Source: an uncultured bacterium (GTDB lineage Bacteria > Verrucomicrobiota > Verrucomicrobiia > Limisphaerales > JACDHS01). Taken from it: 58,775 nt of DNA. The notes under the pieces were generated by a model. That model ran no database searches. It was not told the DNA's origin and was given only the letters and a program-made list of their open reading frames with translations. The position numbers were made by a program, and so were the translations under genes. Position 1 is the first letter of the stretch. Each line of letters begins with the position of its first letter. The stretch is from contig CBHWET010000002.1 in the NCBI GenBank assembly GCA_966112985.1, forward strand, positions 1 through 58,775, given 5' to 3'. Shown here piece by piece: positions 45,954 through 54,710 of this stretch.

Positions 45954-46556
45954 ATGGCAAAGAAAACTAATCAGTTCGCAGAATCACCCGACTTCAAGAA
46001 GCTCGTTGAGCTGCTTTCGACTCTATCGAATGCAACGAATCAGCTGGAGAAACTCCAGAACGGTGCCAACGGAAAGTTCCTCAAGCTGGTTGATCGCAAG
46101 CGCGATGAATATTCCCGACTGCAGGCGACGATCACTCAGACAGAAAACGAGCTGGAGCAGCTGGCCGTCAAACATCCGGAATGGTTCGGAGAAAAGCGCA
46201 GCATCAAAACGCCGTTCGGCACTGTCACGTTCCACAGTTCCAGCGCACTCGACATCGAGAACGAAGAGCTGTCTGTCGCGTTGATCAAACATGAGATCGA
46301 GCGCGCAGAACAATCGTTGATTCACACTGACGGATCAGCGGCCCGCGAAGCCCTGATCGCACGCCTGGAGAAATTGAAAGGCTGCATTCGCACCGTTGAA
46401 GAGCTGGATAAAGAGTCCCTTGAAAAGCTCGACGATGCCGAACTGAAGACGTTCAAGATCGGTCGCAATCAAAAGAATAACTTCGCAGCAAAGCCGCTGA
46501 AGCTCGATCTCGGGAAGGCAATCAAGGAATCGGAGCCAGCCGCACCCGCACAATAA
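45954..46556 (+). CDS. Gam-like host-nuclease inhibitor
   Basis: 200 aa with an N-terminal coiled coil, then KRSIKTPFGTVTFHSS and a C-terminal …FKIGRNQKNNFAAKP. It is colinear with the Mu Gam pattern. Confidence 0.55.
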   Translation: MAKKTNQFAESPDFKKLVELLSTLSNATNQLEKLQNGANGKFLKLVDRKRDEYSRLQATITQTENELEQLAVKHPEWFGEKRSIKTPFGTVTFHSSSALDIENEELSVALIKHEIERAEQSLIHTDGSAAREALIARLEKLKGCIRTVEELDKESLEKLDDAELKTFKIGRNQKNNFAAKPLKLDLGKAIKESEPAAPAQ

Positions 46557-46570
46557 ACCGCTTGCCGCTT

Positions 46571-47119
46571 ATGCTCACTGCTTACCCAAAGACTAATCCC
46601 GGCCGCCGCGGCCTTCCTCTCGAAGTGAAGGCCGCGATGGTCGCAGACTACCAGCGGCTGAAGTCGATCCGCGGTGTAGCAAAACTTTGGGGCCGGACCA
46701 ATCAGTGCATCTGGGAGATACTGAAAACTGCAGGCGTTCCGTGCGTTAAGAAAAACCTCCTGCAGGCGGTTATCTACAAAGGCGAAAAGTACACTCCCGG
46801 CAAAGGCGGTTATCTCAGAAGCACTCGCTTTCAGGCCCGCGGAAAGAAGCCCGGCTTCGAAACGCAGCTTCATCGCGTCGTGTGGGTTGATCACAACGGA
46901 CCGATTCCGGACGGATACCAGGTTGGATTCAAAGACGGCAACAAAGCGAACTGCGCGATCGAGAATTTGATGTGCATGCCGTTGAGAGAAATCGTTCGCC
47001 TGAAAGCGACTGGCGCAAATCACCACACCAAATCAGCCAAGGCGAAATTATCTCTCCTTGTCGAACATGCCGCTGGTGCCCCGTCGCTCGTTTCCCAACT
47101 CAAAAAGGAGGCCGCTTGA
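46571..47119 (+). CDS. HNH endonuclease
   Basis: LHRVVWVDHNGPIPDGYQVGFKDGNKANCAIENL. Confidence 0.75.
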   Translation: MLTAYPKTNPGRRGLPLEVKAAMVADYQRLKSIRGVAKLWGRTNQCIWEILKTAGVPCVKKNLLQAVIYKGEKYTPGKGGYLRSTRFQARGKKPGFETQLHRVVWVDHNGPIPDGYQVGFKDGNKANCAIENLMCMPLREIVRLKATGANHHTKSAKAKLSLLVEHAAGAPSLVSQLKKEAA

Positions 47120-47766
47120 ACCATAGACAACAAAGAAGAATTGAACGCCGACTGCAGGGAGTTCGCACCACAATGGAGTTTCCTGTTCCACTTCCGACAA
47201 CGCCCTATTCCAGCAACGTCGTTCCGCTCACCGGCGAAGACTATATGAATGCGCGCAAGGGCGTTGGACATCCGGCCGTGCTGCAGGTGTTCCAGGAATT
47301 CGGAGCATTCACGATCAAGCCGAAAAAGAATTCCAAAGGCGTGATCTGGAACGGCCGTGCGTATTGGTGGAGCGCCAAGGGTTACTACCGGACCGGCAAA
47401 GCCAACGGCGAACGCCGCCCGCTTCAGCATCTGGTTTGGTCCCATCATCACCGCCGCCCGTTTCCAGCCGGGCACGAAATATTTTTCAAGGATCGCAATC
47501 GAAACAACTTCGATCCGGCGAACCTGGAACTGCTTTCAAAAGCGGAGATGCACAAACGCATCTCTGAAATCGGCGAAAAGAATCAGCCGACACACGAACA
47601 GCGCAAGGAGATCGCAAGCAAGCGATGGACTCGCCATGCGAGAAACATCACCTCTCTGCTTTTGAAAAACCACCAGGAGAAAGAAACAAATGAGCACTCT
47701 AACAAAATCCAGTTCATCGCCAACAGGCGCCAGATTATCAATCACGGACCCAAACGAGATTCGTAG
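47116..47766 (+). CDS. HNH endonuclease (paralog)
   Basis: LQHLVWSHHHRRPFPAGHEIFFKDRNRNNFDPANLEL. The TTG at 47116 overlaps the upstream TGA and follows AAGGAGG (47105-47111). An alternative ATG lies at 47173. Confidence 0.65.
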   Translation: MNHRQQRRIERRLQGVRTTMEFPVPLPTTPYSSNVVPLTGEDYMNARKGVGHPAVLQVFQEFGAFTIKPKKNSKGVIWNGRAYWWSAKGYYRTGKANGERRPLQHLVWSHHHRRPFPAGHEIFFKDRNRNNFDPANLELLSKAEMHKRISEIGEKNQPTHEQRKEIASKRWTRHARNITSLLLKNHQEKETNEHSNKIQFIANRRQIINHGPKRDS

Positions 47767-49102
47767 AATCGTCGAACTCGGCAAGGAGCGAGGCTTGATC
47801 TCGATGGCATCGAGCACCGCAAAGAAAGAGCGAGCCGAAGACGATCTCGTTCCGATCGCGAAAGATGGTTTTGATATAGCGAACCTCGCGAACGTTCGCT
47901 CTCAATGGATGGATGTAACTCCAGCTATGGCTTCAACCTGGCTGAAGAATAACCACGGAAACCGCCAGCTTCGCCGCGAAGCAGTGACCGCGTACGCGCG
48001 AGACATGATCAATGGCGTCTGGGTTCCGACGCATCAAGGCATCGCTTTCAACGACAAAGACGTGTTGATCGATGGACAGCATCGCCTGCACGCGATTGTT
48101 CTTTCCGGAAAGACCGTACGCCTGATGGTGACATTTGGCCTGCCCAGCAAGATCGACGGAAGCGAGATGACAACCATGGACGCCGTGGACCGCGGCGCCA
48201 CTCGCACCGTCGCTGATCAGCTCACGATCCAACACGGGTTCAAATACGGCAGCATGACCGCCACGATCTGCGCGGCAATGGGAAGCCTGTGCTACGGCGA
48301 ACGGACGCGGCGCCTGAGCGTTAGCCAAACGCTGGAAGTTTATCGTGCTTTTGAAAAGGCGATTGATTACGTGATCACGCACCGCCCGAAAGAGCGCGGC
48401 CTTCGTTCCGCGGGAATTCTTGCCGGCTTTGCATTTGCGCTCGCTACGGAAGAAAACTTTTGGGAAGGCAAAACGCCGATCTCCGTCAACTTCGACAAAG
48501 TGATCCACGGCCAAAACGTGGCGGAGAATTCGCCGATCTGGCATCTGCGCAAGTTCCTTCTCTCGGAAGAATCAAAGCTGTTCACCAAGTCTCTCGATCG
48601 CGGCCTGGCTGAATTGGTTCTGCAGTGTCTGTTCCTGGAACAGAAAGGCGCCCCAATTGAAAAGCTCGAAATGTCCCTCGAAGGCGCTGATCACTTCCGT
48701 TCTCTGCAGCCCGATCGTGTTTCGAAAATCAAAGGTATGTTCACGCTTCCGGAAATTTCGAAGCCCGCGACTCCGGCGCCGGTAACACAAGCACCGCCCG
48801 CTCCGCACACTCCAGAGCCGCGGAAGTTGACGCTGATCAACATCATCCAGGTTGCCGAAAAACATTTCCAGATCGGGAGCGCTGTTCTGTGCGGCAAAGG
48901 CAAAGACCCGGAAATTCTGTTTGCTCGTGTTTGCACGATGTCCGGCATGGAAAAGAACGGACATGGCTTCGGTTCCATCGGTGCGGCTTTTCGTTTGGAG
49001 CCCTCGCACATTCAGGATGCGATCGCGTCTCTCCCATCTCTGCTCACAAGCGAAAAGAAAAAGGAGCGTTATACGAAGTTCATCGCCGCCCTCAACAAGT
49101 AA
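47690..49102 (+). CDS. ParB/DGQHR-like domain fused to a DnaA-domain-IV-like HTH
   Basis: 470 aa. The N-terminal half has GNRQLRREAVTAYARDMINGVWVPTHQGIAF..LIDGQHRLHAI. The C-terminal IIQVAEKHFQIGSAVLCGKGKDPEILFARVCTMSGMEKNGHGFGSIGAAF aligns with the DnaA C-terminal DNA-binding domain. Confidence 0.6.
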   Translation: MSTLTKSSSSPTGARLSITDPNEIRRIVELGKERGLISMASSTAKKERAEDDLVPIAKDGFDIANLANVRSQWMDVTPAMASTWLKNNHGNRQLRREAVTAYARDMINGVWVPTHQGIAFNDKDVLIDGQHRLHAIVLSGKTVRLMVTFGLPSKIDGSEMTTMDAVDRGATRTVADQLTIQHGFKYGSMTATICAAMGSLCYGERTRRLSVSQTLEVYRAFEKAIDYVITHRPKERGLRSAGILAGFAFALATEENFWEGKTPISVNFDKVIHGQNVAENSPIWHLRKFLLSEESKLFTKSLDRGLAELVLQCLFLEQKGAPIEKLEMSLEGADHFRSLQPDRVSKIKGMFTLPEISKPATPAPVTQAPPAPHTPEPRKLTLINIIQVAEKHFQIGSAVLCGKGKDPEILFARVCTMSGMEKNGHGFGSIGAAFRLEPSHIQDAIASLPSLLTSEKKKERYTKFIAALNK

Positions 49103-49105
49103 TCA

Positions 49106-49696
49106 ATGAGCGATAAACCTAAATTTCCTTTAGCCAGGGCAATGCGCGTTGCTGAACACATCGTCGGCGCGCTGCGCCCGGTCTGCCATCGCATCGAGAT
49201 CGCGGGATCGATACGACGCAAAAAGGAAATGGTTGGGGATATCGAGATCTTATACATCCCGCTTTTCACAGAAATTCCTGATCCATCAGATCTGTTTAAA
49301 AAGGCGAAGCTTCGCGTCAACGCTGCAGATCTTGTCATTGAGCAATTGATGCAGCGCGGTTCCCTGGCTAAGCGCCCCAAGACAGACGGGACTTTCACTT
49401 GGGGCGAACAGAATAAACTCGCGATCGCGTGCAAGACTGGGATCCCCGTCGACTTGTTTTCTGCCAACACTCGCAATTGGTTCAACCTGCTTGTCTGCAG
49501 GACCGGCGGAAAGAACAACAACATCGCTATCGCCGCGGCTGCGAAGGAAAAGCATTACCAGTGGAATCCTTACGGCTCCGGCTTCACTCGCAAATGGGCC
49601 AGCGACAGCGAACAGCAATTCGTTCGCATCGATAGCGAGGAAGAAGTTTTCCGTTTTGTCGGCCTGCCATATCGCAAACCGGAGGAACGAGAATGA
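49106..49696 (+). CDS. minimal DNA polymerase X-like nucleotidyltransferase (palm and thumb only)
   Basis: 196 aa with IAGSIRRKKEMVGDIEILY, IPVDLF, LVCRTGGKNNNIAIAAAAKEKHYQWNPYG and FRFVGLPYRKPEERE. It is colinear with Pol beta / ASFV Pol X motifs. Confidence 0.65.
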   Translation: MSDKPKFPLARAMRVAEHIVGALRPVCHRIEIAGSIRRKKEMVGDIEILYIPLFTEIPDPSDLFKKAKLRVNAADLVIEQLMQRGSLAKRPKTDGTFTWGEQNKLAIACKTGIPVDLFSANTRNWFNLLVCRTGGKNNNIAIAAAAKEKHYQWNPYGSGFTRKWASDSEQQFVRIDSEEEVFRFVGLPYRKPEERE

Positions 49697-49860
49697 GTAA
49701 TAAGAAATTTTCAAACCCGCCGTTTGGCCACACAAATCAAAGCGCATCAGGGCCGTGCTCTATGCCGTCGTGCCGCCGTCAAGCGACACACTGGGACAGG
49801 TTCTTTGGCTGGATTTGTACAAAACATTTCCGCGCCACAAAGGAGAGCAGAAAGCGATGA
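49693..49860 (+). CDS. 55-aa Cys/His-rich protein absent from the ORF track
   Basis: ATGA overlaps at both ends. It contains GPCSMPSCRRQATHWDRFFGWICTKH. Confidence 0.45.
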   Translation: MSNKKFSNPPFGHTNQSASGPCSMPSCRRQATHWDRFFGWICTKHFRATKESRKR

Positions 49861-50477
49861 CCGACTCCCAAAAATTCAAATTCTACTTTCCGTCCTGGAA
49901 TCGTTGCGCGAAAGCAAACAGCTGGAAGATGAGCAAGGGCCGTCTCGTGGCAGAACCGCAAAGCAATTCGTTGCTTCCGGAACTTTCCCAGGTGTGGACG
50001 TACGCGCGTCAGATCGCCGATCGTGAACATCGCGGTATTGAGCCGAACGATTTGCGCCACGGCTGCCACATCGTTGCGCTGCGACACGACAAGAGCAGCG
50101 AGCAGCTCACGAACAAAGAAGTCAATCGCGTGGTTGCGCTGTTCGATCTGCTCGCGGATCCCGACGATCTCGCTGCGCGCATCAAATGGGAGAATCCGGA
50201 GAACAGCGACAAAGCCAGTTTGATTGCTGCGATAAAAGCTCGTGCTCCGTATGCCTACGTTGCCGCGATCGCGCAAGACCAATGCGGAACGAAGGACTGG
50301 GAAAGCCTGCAAACGTGGCAATTGCAAAACCTGCTCCGGACCGTGAACAAGCGGAAGCCGAATTTCCCGCGCCCTCAGCGGCCGTCGTTCAAGCCGAATG
50401 GTCCGATTCAAAAGTTCCAATACATCAAAAAGACGACGCCCGCGGCGCCGCCAAAAAACGACAACGAACCATTTTGA
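49857..50477 (+). CDS. possible GemA / gp16-like (DUF1018) protein
   Basis: 206 aa from the ATG at 49857, preceded by AAGGAGAG. LRHGCHIVALRHDKSSEQLTNKEVNRVVALFDLL loosely fits DUF1018. Confidence 0.35.
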   Translation: MTDSQKFKFYFPSWNRCAKANSWKMSKGRLVAEPQSNSLLPELSQVWTYARQIADREHRGIEPNDLRHGCHIVALRHDKSSEQLTNKEVNRVVALFDLLADPDDLAARIKWENPENSDKASLIAAIKARAPYAYVAAIAQDQCGTKDWESLQTWQLQNLLRTVNKRKPNFPRPQRPSFKPNGPIQKFQYIKKTTPAAPPKNDNEPF

Positions 50478-50488
50478 TTTTAAAATTT

Positions 50489-50782
50489 ATGAGCTTCTTT
50501 TTTCCCCGTGAAATGGTCGAAGAATTCCGCGCCCGGTTTCCCGGCCGTTGCATTGTTTGTTCTTACTACCGCTTCAACCCCGGACGGCCGGAGCCTCATC
50601 CTTGCATTGAGAATCCGAAGACGCTGACTTGTGCCTTTGGCGTTGGCTTTGGCAAGCCATGCGGAAAGCCGGCAACTCATATCGCAACCTTTAACGGCCG
50701 CCGCACTCACGTTGCGTGGTGTGCCGAACACGTAACTAAACCGATCGCGGGCTCAAAGCACGGGTTAGAAAAGCTTTTATGA
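50489..50782 (+). CDS. Cys-rich small protein
   Basis: 97 aa from the ATG at 50489, with CIVCS, PHPC, CAFG..PCG and WCAEH. Confidence 0.45.
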   Translation: MSFFFPREMVEEFRARFPGRCIVCSYYRFNPGRPEPHPCIENPKTLTCAFGVGFGKPCGKPATHIATFNGRRTHVAWCAEHVTKPIAGSKHGLEKLL

Positions 50783-51033
50783 AAACAAAAAACATACCCC
50801 CCATTAAATGCACATGCTGGAACGACACAAACGATCGCCTTTTAAAAAAAGGCTTTCGGTTGTCCACCAAGTTGCAGTTGTTCTGCGTGACTGATGATCT
50901 GGCTTTAAGCACGCGCTATGCGCTCCCGCTGGAGCGCAATGACGGAAAGAAATTGCGCCGCAACGATCCTGGGACGATCACGATGTCGTTCTGTCCATTC
51001 TGCGGAAAACAATATCCATGGGTAAAAAAATGA
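50779..51033 (+). CDS. zinc-ribbon small protein
   Basis: 84 aa with CTCW...CPFCG and an ATGA overlap. Confidence 0.45.
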   Translation: MKTKNIPPIKCTCWNDTNDRLLKKGFRLSTKLQLFCVTDDLALSTRYALPLERNDGKKLRRNDPGTITMSFCPFCGKQYPWVKK

Positions 51034-51338
51034 AAGCGCCGAAACAGATGAGCTTAGAAATCCCAAAAGGCACGCCCTCTGTTTTTCGCCAGCGCGAGTT
51101 AACCGATGACAGTCCGTTTCCGTTTGGAAAATGGAAAGGCGTTGCGATGAAAAATGTTCCGGCGCCGTATCTCGATTGGTTCATCGGCCAGGACTGGGCC
51201 AAGCGCTGGCCGGCCGTAGTTGATTATGTGAACCGATCCCGCAAAGCAATCGATCAGGAACTAGAGCGCCGAGATCGCACCGTGTCCCGCGACGAAACCG
51301 GCCGGGCAAATGGCTTCTTCAGAATCGAAAGGAAATAA
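51030..51338 (+). CDS. DUF3820-like protein
   Basis: FPFGKWKGVAMKNVPAPYLDWF matches the PFGKYKG...P..YL.W signature. The ATG at 51030 overlaps the upstream stop. Confidence 0.55.
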   Translation: MKAPKQMSLEIPKGTPSVFRQRELTDDSPFPFGKWKGVAMKNVPAPYLDWFIGQDWAKRWPAVVDYVNRSRKAIDQELERRDRTVSRDETGRANGFFRIERK

Positions 51339-51339
51339 C

Positions 51340-51531
51340 ATGCCAAAACCAATTGTTACCATTTTATCTCCCCAGGAAGTAATCCAGGCGTTGGCTGATT
51401 ACGTCGTGAAAAAGCGCCGCTTGCAATTCGATGGCGACGCGTCTGCTCAGCTGCTGGTGACAGTTAACGGTGAAGACCAGCCGACAGCCTATCGACTGGA
51501 ACTGAGGCTGAAAGAGAAAGGCGCGCAATGA
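51340..51531 (+). CDS. small protein of unknown function
   Basis: 63 aa from the ATG at 51340. Confidence 0.4.
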   Translation: MPKPIVTILSPQEVIQALADYVVKKRRLQFDGDASAQLLVTVNGEDQPTAYRLELRLKEKGAQ

Positions 51532-51986
51532 AAGTGCGGGCTATCTCTCTGCATCAGCCCTGGGCTTCTGCGATCGCTGTTGGAGCGAAGCGCTTTGAGA
51601 CCCGGCATTGGGAGACAAATTATCGCGGACCGCTCGCGATCCACGCCGCGCAATCCAGATCCCTCGAATTGCGGACGAAGTTTTACCAGCTCATGGTTGT
51701 AGACGAAATCCGCTCGAAGTTCGCGGCGGACTCCCTCGTTGAGTTTGGCGGTTTGCCTTTCGGGGCAGTTGTGTGCGTTGCCGATTTAACTGACTGCGTC
51801 CGCGTTGAATCAGTCCGCGCCGATGTCGGGGCGGAATTGTTGCTGGGTAATTATTTAGACGGCCGGTTCGCTTGGAAGCTGGAAAATGTGCGCCGGTTTA
51901 AAAACCCCGTTGTCATCTCCGGTCGCCAGCGGTTCTTTCACGTCGATATCGATTTAAACAGCTCTGATTTAATTAAGGTTCCATGA
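51528..51986 (+). CDS. ASCH (PUA-like) domain protein
   Basis: AISLHQPWASAIAVGAKRFETRHWETNYRGPLAIHAA. Confidence 0.6.
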   Translation: MKVRAISLHQPWASAIAVGAKRFETRHWETNYRGPLAIHAAQSRSLELRTKFYQLMVVDEIRSKFAADSLVEFGGLPFGAVVCVADLTDCVRVESVRADVGAELLLGNYLDGRFAWKLENVRRFKNPVVISGRQRFFHVDIDLNSSDLIKVP

Positions 51987-52333
51987 GCGAGACACAGCCA
52001 GAACTGCAGATATTCAAAGTCTCTCCCGAGGACAAAAACGTTGAATGGTTTGTCGGGTTCCTGGCTGGCCGTGACTGGATCACTTCAACGCAAATTTTGA
52101 AAGAAGCGGGAATGGCCGACACTGAAGCAAATCGCCGTGCGCTGCGTTCGTTTGCCGAAGCGAGCAAGGGCCGCGTTGCTGGAGGGCAAAAGGGATACAA
52201 GCTCGTTCGCGAAATGACGAAGGAAGAATACGATCATTTCCGGAACTGGTTCCTTTCCCAGGCGCGCTCGATGGAACAGCGCGTCATTGACGCTGACAAA
52301 GTTTTTTACAGCCGGCAGGCGGTACCACAATGA
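51983..52333 (+). CDS. protein of unknown function
   Basis: 116-aa ORF with ATGA overlaps on both sides. Confidence 0.45.
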   Translation: MSETQPELQIFKVSPEDKNVEWFVGFLAGRDWITSTQILKEAGMADTEANRRALRSFAEASKGRVAGGQKGYKLVREMTKEEYDHFRNWFLSQARSMEQRVIDADKVFYSRQAVPQ

Positions 52334-52620
52334 GCGCTTTTCCTTTAACTCCTGAGTGTCCGAATTGCCTGGAGGTTCACTCCGAAGAAACCGGCTGCAG
52401 TTGCTGGATCTGCGGTACCGGCCTGCATCCGCAATACATTCGTTGTTCCTTCATCGATCTGAAGCCGATCGCTGTTTGTCCGATTTGTTTTGAGACTCGC
52501 AAATGCAAATCCTGCAGCGGCCGGGGATATCGATTTCTGAGTTGGAGCAGCGAAACCAGGATTTGCGACGCTTGCAACGGGACTTCGTTTATTCACTTCA
52601 CTTTTGTTTACGAAATTTAA
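52330..52620 (+). CDS. Cys-rich zinc-finger protein
   Basis: 96 aa with multiple CxxC pairs (CPNC, CSCWIC, CPIC, CKSCSGRG, CDACNG). Confidence 0.5.
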   Translation: MSAFPLTPECPNCLEVHSEETGCSCWICGTGLHPQYIRCSFIDLKPIAVCPICFETRKCKSCSGRGYRFLSWSSETRICDACNGTSFIHFTFVYEI

Positions 52621-52623
52621 CCT

Positions 52624-52824
52624 ATGCTCACACAAAAAGATTTAAACAAAGCCCAGTGTCACTGCGGTGGGACGGGCTGCAATAAGCATGGTGTGGTGTT
52701 CTTCCACCAGCGGTGCCATCCCGAATATGCAACATGGTGCTCGTACCATCCTGATGGATTCCTTTTGATCGTGTGCGCGAAATGCGAAAAAGAAATCTGT
52801 AAAATTGAAGTGGCCGAAGGCTGA
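52624..52824 (+). CDS. Cys/His-rich small protein
   Basis: 66 aa with CHCGG, CNKH and CAKC. Confidence 0.4.
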   Translation: MLTQKDLNKAQCHCGGTGCNKHGVVFFHQRCHPEYATWCSYHPDGFLLIVCAKCEKEICKIEVAEG

Positions 52825-52825
52825 T

Positions 52826-53068
52826 ATGAGAACCGCGATTAGAAATAACTCTGGCGTTGGACTTGTCACGATACAGCGAAGCCATTACGAGGTTTGTGCT
52901 GAACGCGTTCGTCCGCTTCTTTCATATTGGGGCCGCAACCTGGACTCTCTCTCGTTGGAGCAACTGGCCGTTGCGTGCTATTCCCAAGGCTTTTGCGACG
53001 GGATCCAGGTTGCTGAGAAATATCCGCAGTTAATCCAGAAAGAAGAACCGATCGATTTTCAAATCTGA
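52826..53068 (+). CDS. small protein of unknown function
   Basis: 80 aa from the ATG at 52826, 1 nt after the previous stop. Confidence 0.4.
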   Translation: MRTAIRNNSGVGLVTIQRSHYEVCAERVRPLLSYWGRNLDSLSLEQLAVACYSQGFCDGIQVAEKYPQLIQKEEPIDFQI

Positions 53069-53120
53069 GCACCCTTTGTGCATAGCTTGTGAACATGGTC
53101 TAATTACTGCCGGGAACTAA

Positions 53121-54710
53121 ATGCAATTCGTAAAACCCATGCCGTTCAAGGAGGCCGTCGAGAAGCTAGGCGATAAAACGCTGATCGGCTCGAAGCTTAA
53201 TTCCGCAGAATGGTCTGCTGTTCCGGTGGGGTTGCGCGATCGCGCTTTCTTCAGCTCAACTGTTGAGAGCGTCAGGTTCCTGCAGCGCGGCCGGGATTTC
53301 ATCTCCGACTTTCTTCAGAATAACCGTGAACAGCTGGACAATGGGGCGATCGCACTGAAAGCCGGCAGCCGTGCGCAGTTCGTCGATCTGCTCAGCAAGT
53401 TTGCCCAGGCTGAAGGAATGGGGCCGCTCGATCCGGATGACGCCGGTACGTTGAAAGATATCACCAGCCAGAAACGCCTGAGCCTGATCTTCAACACGAT
53501 GACACAATCGGCGAATGACTTTGGCTATTGGAAGCAAGGAATGGATCCCGATGTTCTCAACGAGTTTCCGGCGCAGCGCTTTATCCGTGTTCAGGACGTT
53601 TCCAAGCCGCGGGAGTTGCATCGTCAAAACGAAGGCGTTGTCGAGCTGAAGACAAACGTTGGTTTCTGGACCGCCATGAACGATCCCAAGATCGGCGGCT
53701 TCGGCGTACCTTGGGGCCCTTGGGGATTCAATAGCGGCATGGACGTGGAAGATGTCGATCGCACCGAATCTGAGCAGCTGGGGCTGATTAAGCCAGGCGA
53801 AGAGGTTGCGCCGGTTGATAAGGAATTTAACGATCGCCTGGATGCCAGCACGGCCGGCCTTGATCCAGACATGATCGAGAAACTGCAGGGTGCGTTCGGT
53901 GATCAGATCGAAGTTGATGGCGATCGCGTTCGTTGGAGCGGCAAATCTGGATTGCCAGAGAATCCGGAGCCTGTCGTTACTCCAGAACCCGAGACGAAAA
54001 AGCCTGCAGCTCCATCCATCGAGAAGGAAGAAGCAACCACACTCGATGATGTTTTAAAGAAGCTGGATATTTCAAAAGCTTCAACGCTCACAACCGAGAA
54101 GGTTCAAAGCCTTATCGAAGAGCTGAAGGAATCGAACCCGGTTCCTGCCTCCCAGGCACTGCGCGAAATCGTCGGAGCCAAAACAAAGGGCAGCCTGACG
54201 GAAGCGAAGATCACAAAGCACGCACAAGACTTTATCGATTTCCTCCCTCGCAGTGTTGTCGATCGGATCGGAAAACTTCGGATCGAAGTCGCTCGCCTGG
54301 GCATCGGAGTTGGCGGCGACTATGCAAATAACAGGGTCCGGCTCAACGCTGATTATCTGGGCGGAAAAGAAGAGGAAGTTCGCCGCGTTCTGTTCCATGA
54401 AATGATGCATTGGGTTCACCGGGAAGGTTCGGCTGAATACCAACGTGCAATCCGCCAGCATTTCGAAGCACGCACGGCTGGGGAAAAGCTTGTGCATTTG
54501 TTCGGTGATTCGTACGGAAAAACGGACAAATGGTACGATCTTTATGCGGGCCGAATTTATCCATGGGAAGTTGTGCCGGCTGGATTGGAAATTCCGACGC
54601 GTTATATTGAGTTGTTAGCCAAGGATCCGGAATGGCTCATGATGCGCTGGAATGCTGACCCGCATTTCCGCGAAACCTTCCTGATCGTTTTGAAAGGGTT
54701 CTTTCCATGA
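53121..54710 (+). CDS. MuF-like head-morphogenesis domain fused to a C-terminal HExxH (zincin-like) domain
   Basis: 529 aa. The N-terminal PFKEAVEKLG...LRDRAFFSSTVESVRFL and RELHRQNEGVV...FW...PWGPWGFNSGM are colinear with the MuF/SPP1 gp7 core. The C-terminus has VLFHEMMHWVHREG. Confidence 0.6.
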   Translation: MQFVKPMPFKEAVEKLGDKTLIGSKLNSAEWSAVPVGLRDRAFFSSTVESVRFLQRGRDFISDFLQNNREQLDNGAIALKAGSRAQFVDLLSKFAQAEGMGPLDPDDAGTLKDITSQKRLSLIFNTMTQSANDFGYWKQGMDPDVLNEFPAQRFIRVQDVSKPRELHRQNEGVVELKTNVGFWTAMNDPKIGGFGVPWGPWGFNSGMDVEDVDRTESEQLGLIKPGEEVAPVDKEFNDRLDASTAGLDPDMIEKLQGAFGDQIEVDGDRVRWSGKSGLPENPEPVVTPEPETKKPAAPSIEKEEATTLDDVLKKLDISKASTLTTEKVQSLIEELKESNPVPASQALREIVGAKTKGSLTEAKITKHAQDFIDFLPRSVVDRIGKLRIEVARLGIGVGGDYANNRVRLNADYLGGKEEEVRRVLFHEMMHWVHREGSAEYQRAIRQHFEARTAGEKLVHLFGDSYGKTDKWYDLYAGRIYPWEVVPAGLEIPTRYIELLAKDPEWLMMRWNADPHFRETFLIVLKGFFP

